In this document: positions 59,981 to 64,000 of the stretch, in pieces
How positions within the stretch are numbered: the first letter of the stretch is position 1
How the letters are laid out: the number at the start of each line of letters is the position of its first letter
NCBI GenBank assembly: GCA_030599585.1
Contig: JAUVNS010000003.1
Span: forward strand, 306,491 to 370,490
Origin: Promethearchaeota archaeon
GTDB taxonomy: Archaea; Asgardarchaeota; Lokiarchaeia; Sigyniarchaeales; SOKP01
Length of the DNA: 64,000 nt
Direction of reading: 5' to 3'
Program-made: the position numbers and the translations under genes
The notes under the pieces: generated by a model
What the model saw: the letters and a program-made list of their open reading frames with translations, nothing else
What the model was told of the DNA's origin: nothing
Database searches by the model: none

Positions 59981-60709
59981 TTATAGATTCAATACTTGTT
60001 TCTGAATTCTGATTAACTCTTTCACGCCTTTTTGACCTATATCTATCATTTTATTCAAGCTTTCCTTATTAAACGGCGCCCCCTCTGCAGTTCCCTGGAT
60101 TTCAATTAATTCAAGATCTTCGTTAGCTACAAGGTTAAAATCTACATCTACTTTTGAGTCTTCCTCGTAATTAAGGTCTAATAATACCTTATCGTTTTTT
60201 ATCCCAAGTGATATTGCTGCAGTTACTTTATAATCTGGAAATTCGTAGATTCTTTGTTGGTTGTATAAGAAATTGATTGCATCAAAAACAGCAATAAAAG
60301 CTCCAGTGATAGAAGCGCATCTTGTTCCGCCGTCCGCTTGAATCACATCACAATCTATCTTAATCGTGCGTTCGCCGAGTTTTTCGTAATTAAAAGCGGC
60401 TCTCATGCTTCTTCCTATTAACCGCTGAATTTCGTGAGTTCTCCCTTTTGTTCTTAATCTATCTCTTTCCCTTTGATTTCTTGATTGAGTTGCTCTCGGT
60501 AACATATTATATTCTGCAGTGATCCATCCTGTTCCCGTATCCTGCAAAAATCTAGGTACGTTTTCCATTACAGAGGCGGTAATTATTATTTTAGTATTTC
60601 CTTGGGTTACTAAAACGGAACCCTCAGGATATTTTAAAAAATTCCTCTCGAAAGTAATTTGCCTTATCTCATCAAAATCTCTTCCGTCAAACCTCGCATT
60701 TTCAAGCAT
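59981..60709 (-). CDS. rph: Ribonuclease PH, bacterial type
   Basis: EGSVLV..GNTK, GWITAEYNMLPRAT, GRTHEIQRLIGRS.RA, DCDVIQADGGTRCASITG, EIQGTAEG.PF. Confidence 0.93.
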   Translation of the reverse strand: MLENARFDGRDFDEIRQITFERNFLKYPEGSVLVTQGNTKIIITASVMENVPRFLQDTGTGWITAEYNMLPRATQSRNQRERDRLRTKGRTHEIQRLIGRSMRAAFNYEKLGERTIKIDCDVIQADGGTRCASITGAFIAVFDAINFLYNQQRIYEFPDYKVTAAISLGIKNDKVLLDLNYEEDSKVDVDFNLVANEDLELIEIQGTAEGAPFNKESLNKMIDIGQKGVKELIRIQKQVLNL

Positions 60710-60856
60710 AAAAACAAAACCAGAGTATTATCTATTCAATTATCTGTTGAATTATAGGAGAATAATAATTATAATATTAATTTATTAAAAAAGAAATTGA
60801 TTAAAATAATTTTAATATGATGAGAATGATAAAAAATACATATTCAATAATAACTT

Positions 60857-61957
60857 TTAGTTGATTGGAAAGCTACCTAATATTTTCTGCCAAATCACGT
60901 TAGATTTCATCTGCTCGAGCGCTAATTTTGCATTGGGATCGTTTTTGTCTGCTTCAAAATCCACTAAGAAAATGTATTCCCATCTCCCTTTTCTTCGCGG
61001 TCTGGATTCTATTTTTGATAAGTTGATTTCTGCATCAGAGAATATTTTTAAAACCCAATAGAGTGATCCTGGTACATGCTTAGTTACAAAAACGATAGAG
61101 GTTTTCATTTTTTCCCCTTTTAAAGGATTTTCGATTTTTGATAAAACGAGAAACCTTGTAAAATTTGAACTTTCATCTTCAATCTTAGAGTTGAGAACTT
61201 TCAAATCATATAATCCAGCAGCAATTTCGGGGCCTAATGCGGCATAAGACTTATCGTTTAGCTTGCGAACTCTTCTGACGGCTTCTGCTGTTGAACTTAT
61301 ATCTAGAATATTTGCGTTCGGTAAATTTGCTTTTAACCAAACTTTAGTTTGAGCAAACGCTTGTGGGTGTGATATTATGTTTTTTATATCGGAAAGTTCC
61401 GCATCATTTAAACAAATCAAGTTTTGAATTACTCTAACTTCGACTTCTCCATAAATAAATAGTTCTCTTTCAATCAGCAAATCCAAGGTTTCTCTAACGG
61501 TCCCTTGTAGACTATTTTCAAAGGGGACTACGCCAAAATCTAAATCTCCCTTTTCAATACTATCGAAAATCTCTGGTGTAGAACCATGTGAAATAAATTG
61601 TGTTCCAGCTTTAGCGAAGAACTCAAGCGCTGCCTGGTGAGTGAAAGTCCCCTTAGGTCCTAAATAGCCAACTTTAGAAATAGTACCTTGAATTGCTTTA
61701 CTCGCACTCATAATTTCTTTCCAGATGGCTACCATACTTTCCTTTTTAAATATGATTTGCTTATTTTTGATTCTTTCGATTACTTCTTCTTCCCGTTTAG
61801 GTTGATATATATCTAACTTTAGGTTTTTCTTTAAATTCCCTATTGATATAGCGTAATTTGCTCTTTTATTAAAAAGTTCAACAATTTTATCGTCTACTTC
61901 CTCAAGACTTTTTCTTAACTCCTTCAATTCCTCATTATACTTCTCTTCTTCACTCAC
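60857..61957 (-). CDS. pheA: Bifunctional chorismate mutase / prephenate dehydratase with ACT domain
   Basis: N-terminal AroQ domain (LR..L..VD...R, REEEV), YLGPKGTF, VPFENS, SHPQA, TRF, ESRP. Confidence 0.93.
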   Translation of the reverse strand: MSEEEKYNEELKELRKSLEEVDDKIVELFNKRANYAISIGNLKKNLKLDIYQPKREEEVIERIKNKQIIFKKESMVAIWKEIMSASKAIQGTISKVGYLGPKGTFTHQAALEFFAKAGTQFISHGSTPEIFDSIEKGDLDFGVVPFENSLQGTVRETLDLLIERELFIYGEVEVRVIQNLICLNDAELSDIKNIISHPQAFAQTKVWLKANLPNANILDISSTAEAVRRVRKLNDKSYAALGPEIAAGLYDLKVLNSKIEDESSNFTRFLVLSKIENPLKGEKMKTSIVFVTKHVPGSLYWVLKIFSDAEINLSKIESRPRRKGRWEYIFLVDFEADKNDPNAKLALEQMKSNVIWQKILGSFPIN

Positions 61958-61998
61958 TTTAAATTCACATCACTATTTCTTCAAATAATAAAATAAGG

Positions 61999-63675
61999 TT
62001 ACATAATTTTTTGTAAATTTAATTCTAATGCTGCTACTGGAAACTCAAGTTTGAAATTTAGCAAAACTTCTGGATGAATTTCACCAATTTCACCAATCTT
62101 AATATCCTTTATATATATCTCTCCATAACGACCATTGATATAACTAAGGTTGTTCTCAGCTTTTATTTCATATTCGTTAAGTTTCCCTAATGCCATCATT
62201 ACGAAGTCTAAGGTCGATCTTATTTCTGTAAAATTTGCGTCCTCATGGTAAGATGCCGCAGAAAGATGTATTTCTCGTTTAGCTCCGGTTTCTTCCTCTT
62301 TAGAGAGCAAAACGGCGTCTCCAACTTCAAATATTCTAATTGGTTTCTCTTCTGATCTATTAAAACGGATTGTTTCTAATAGATTAGGTAATAATGTAGT
62401 TCGGGTTGTATTATATTCTTTTGATACTGGATTAGCTATCTGAATTACATCAGATTCTTTATATTCTTGTCTCATGAAATTATAATGTTTTTCCGAACTG
62501 GTTAAAATGAAATTGAGAACTTCTAGATATCCGGCTCCTATCATAATTGTTCGAGTTTTATTTAAAAAAGTCTGAATTGGATGAAACTTTCCAATACCTC
62601 CTTCTCGAATCGACTTCGGCAAATTAAAATACCCATAACCAATAGCTACTTCTTCAGTAAGATCAACTGAATGCATAATGTCACCTCTAAAAGCAGGAAT
62701 ATAGACATCTAAATAACCTTGATTTTTGGATTCTTTAGCATCTAATCTCACTTTTTGAAAACATTTAATAATTTCGGCTTGAGTTAAGTTTAAACCAAGA
62801 TAACTATTGATATAATCAATTTCTATTTCCCATTTATTTTGATCTAAATTTGGTGTTATTAGCTCTTTTCCCCCTTCATATATGACTTTTACGGTTTCGA
62901 TCTTTGCTCCCATATCAAATAAAGTTGTAGATAAAATATTTAATGCCAGATTAACGGCGTTTAAATCAGTTCCAGTCAAATCTAAAAATAAATTTTTTGT
63001 TTCATCTGTTACGGTAGTGAGAATGCCATTTATTATAGGAGGAAATGAAAGAATTTTGTCATTACTATCAAAAATTATAGGATAAACCTCTTTTCCGTCT
63101 AAAATTTTAGCGTACTCAATTCCCTTATCGTGGAGGAGTAATATTTCTTCTAAATTCATAGCGTATCCATCCCCATGCAAGGGTATAAAACTTACGGAAT
63201 CTGGTTTAACAGCGGTATATCGATAAGGAGGTTTTACTTTATCTAAGTCATGGACTCCAATTGCGACCTTTTTTCTATCTCTTCCTACTGCCCAGTGAAG
63301 GTGTTCTTGGATATTCATTAAAGTGGCAACTTCTTCTTCGTCTAGATCAATGTCCCTCACGATACCGCATACTATATAGGGTCTCACCTTCTTTACGATT
63401 GGATCTACAGTTACTACGATTTCGCTCTTTTGTAAATCGAATGATGGTACTCCTAATTCGATTTCATAGTATCCCTTTAGTGTTCTAGCAATCCCTTCTG
63501 GGCTTGAATAATCAGGTCTATTTGGATTATATTCCACTTTTAGTGTTTGTTCTTCTTTGTTAATATCTTCTAAATCTAAACCTATCCATTGTAGATCGTA
63601 TTCCAATTCTTCGATATCAAGCTTCTTTCCTACTAATTTTTCTAACCTATCAATTTTCAATTCTAGGGTTGGTAT
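61999..63675 (-). CDS. pheT: Phenylalanine--tRNA ligase beta subunit (archaeal type). Probable ATA start at 63675 (track start is TTG at 63660).
   Basis: NRPD..S.EG, R.KVAIG.HD, SFPPIIN, R.DI.H..D..EEVAI.YGY, GEIHPEVL. The in-frame upstream extension reads (M)PTLELKI. Confidence 0.95.
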   Translation of the reverse strand: MPTLELKIDRLEKLVGKKLDIEELEYDLQWIGLDLEDINKEEQTLKVEYNPNRPDYSSPEGIARTLKGYYEIELGVPSFDLQKSEIVVTVDPIVKKVRPYIVCGIVRDIDLDEEEVATLMNIQEHLHWAVGRDRKKVAIGVHDLDKVKPPYRYTAVKPDSVSFIPLHGDGYAMNLEEILLLHDKGIEYAKILDGKEVYPIIFDSNDKILSFPPIINGILTTVTDETKNLFLDLTGTDLNAVNLALNILSTTLFDMGAKIETVKVIYEGGKELITPNLDQNKWEIEIDYINSYLGLNLTQAEIIKCFQKVRLDAKESKNQGYLDVYIPAFRGDIMHSVDLTEEVAIGYGYFNLPKSIREGGIGKFHPIQTFLNKTRTIMIGAGYLEVLNFILTSSEKHYNFMRQEYKESDVIQIANPVSKEYNTTRTTLLPNLLETIRFNRSEEKPIRIFEVGDAVLLSKEEETGAKREIHLSAASYHEDANFTEIRSTLDFVMMALGKLNEYEIKAENNLSYINGRYGEIYIKDIKIGEIGEIHPEVLLNFKLEFPVAALELNLQKIM

Positions 63676-63692
63676 AATTGCTTCACCTCAAT

Positions 63693-63998
63693 TTAATATG
63701 GTTGTTGTCGCAACCACTTTATTGGATTAATATATAAGTCTCTAATATCCTTTCGACCATAATACGGCATTGCTATCCGTTCCAGTCCTTGACCCCAGGC
63801 CAATACTCTCGTTGGATTCTTAATGCCCCAAGGGTATGTCACTTCTGGTCTGAAAATACCTGAACCTCCCATTTCTAACCATTCACCTAATTTTTCATAA
63901 TATACGGTGACTTCCATGCTGGGTTCAGTGTATGGAAAAAATCCCGGTCTTGTTACTATTTTTTTAAAGCCTATCTTCTTGTAAAACTCTGATAATAT
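63693..63998 (-). CDS. pheS: Phenylalanine--tRNA ligase alpha subunit, 3' part (truncated by the window edge)
   Basis: The frame is open to the window end: RPGFFPYTEPSMEV, WLEMGGSGIFRPEV, AWGQGLERIAM. Confidence 0.95.
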   Translation of the reverse strand: MLSEFYKKIGFKKIVTRPGFFPYTEPSMEVTVYYEKLGEWLEMGGSGIFRPEVTYPWGIKNPTRVLAWGQGLERIAMPYYGRKDIRDLYINPIKWLRQQPY

Positions 63999-64000
63999 TC

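Noticed and set aside
1950-63488. The many 60-130 aa ORFs overlapping larger genes (e.g. 1950-2177, 13612-13965, 31086-31481, 55482-55802)
   Set aside because: Antisense shadows of well-supported genes, with no recognisable motifs.
1-64000. CRISPR arrays, tRNA/rRNA genes, transposases, integrases, inteins
   Set aside because: No regularly spaced repeats, GC-rich structured intergenic segments or matching protein motifs were seen.

Overview
AT-rich archaeal DNA, most likely an Asgard archaeon (Lokiarchaeia-like). Evidence: archaeal/eukaryote-type IleRS and PheRS, plus a ubiquitin-system protein with E2-fold domains and a RING. About 50 kb is a large surface-glycan locus in two arms (1-22 kb and 28-60 kb). 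It encodes GT2/GT4/GT56 and GT-C-like transferases, two flippases, nucleotide-sugar enzymes (RmlA/B, WecB, Gmd-like), five methyltransferases, an acetyltransferase and two nonulosonic-acid (sialic-acid-like) synthase/cytidylyltransferase pairs. It also has a sulfation toolkit: sat, cysC, a TauE transporter, two sulfotransferases and three alkaline-phosphatase-superfamily enzymes. Housekeeping genes are ileS, a bacterial-type RNase PH, pheA and pheST. Main highlights: (1) a multi-UEV/RWD + C4HC3-RING protein with FANCL-like architecture; (2) an RHH regulator heading the PAPS operon that carries the 'ERLRxLGY' tail usually found on sulfatase-family enzymes, while all three such enzymes here lack it; (3) a duplicated promoter and a decayed acetyltransferase copy bracketing the nonulosonate cassette; (4) apparent ATA/ATT start codons; (5) an unannotated 51-aa tail-anchored protein. 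No rRNA, tRNA, CRISPR array or transposase was seen. All calls come from motif recognition by eye; no searches were run.
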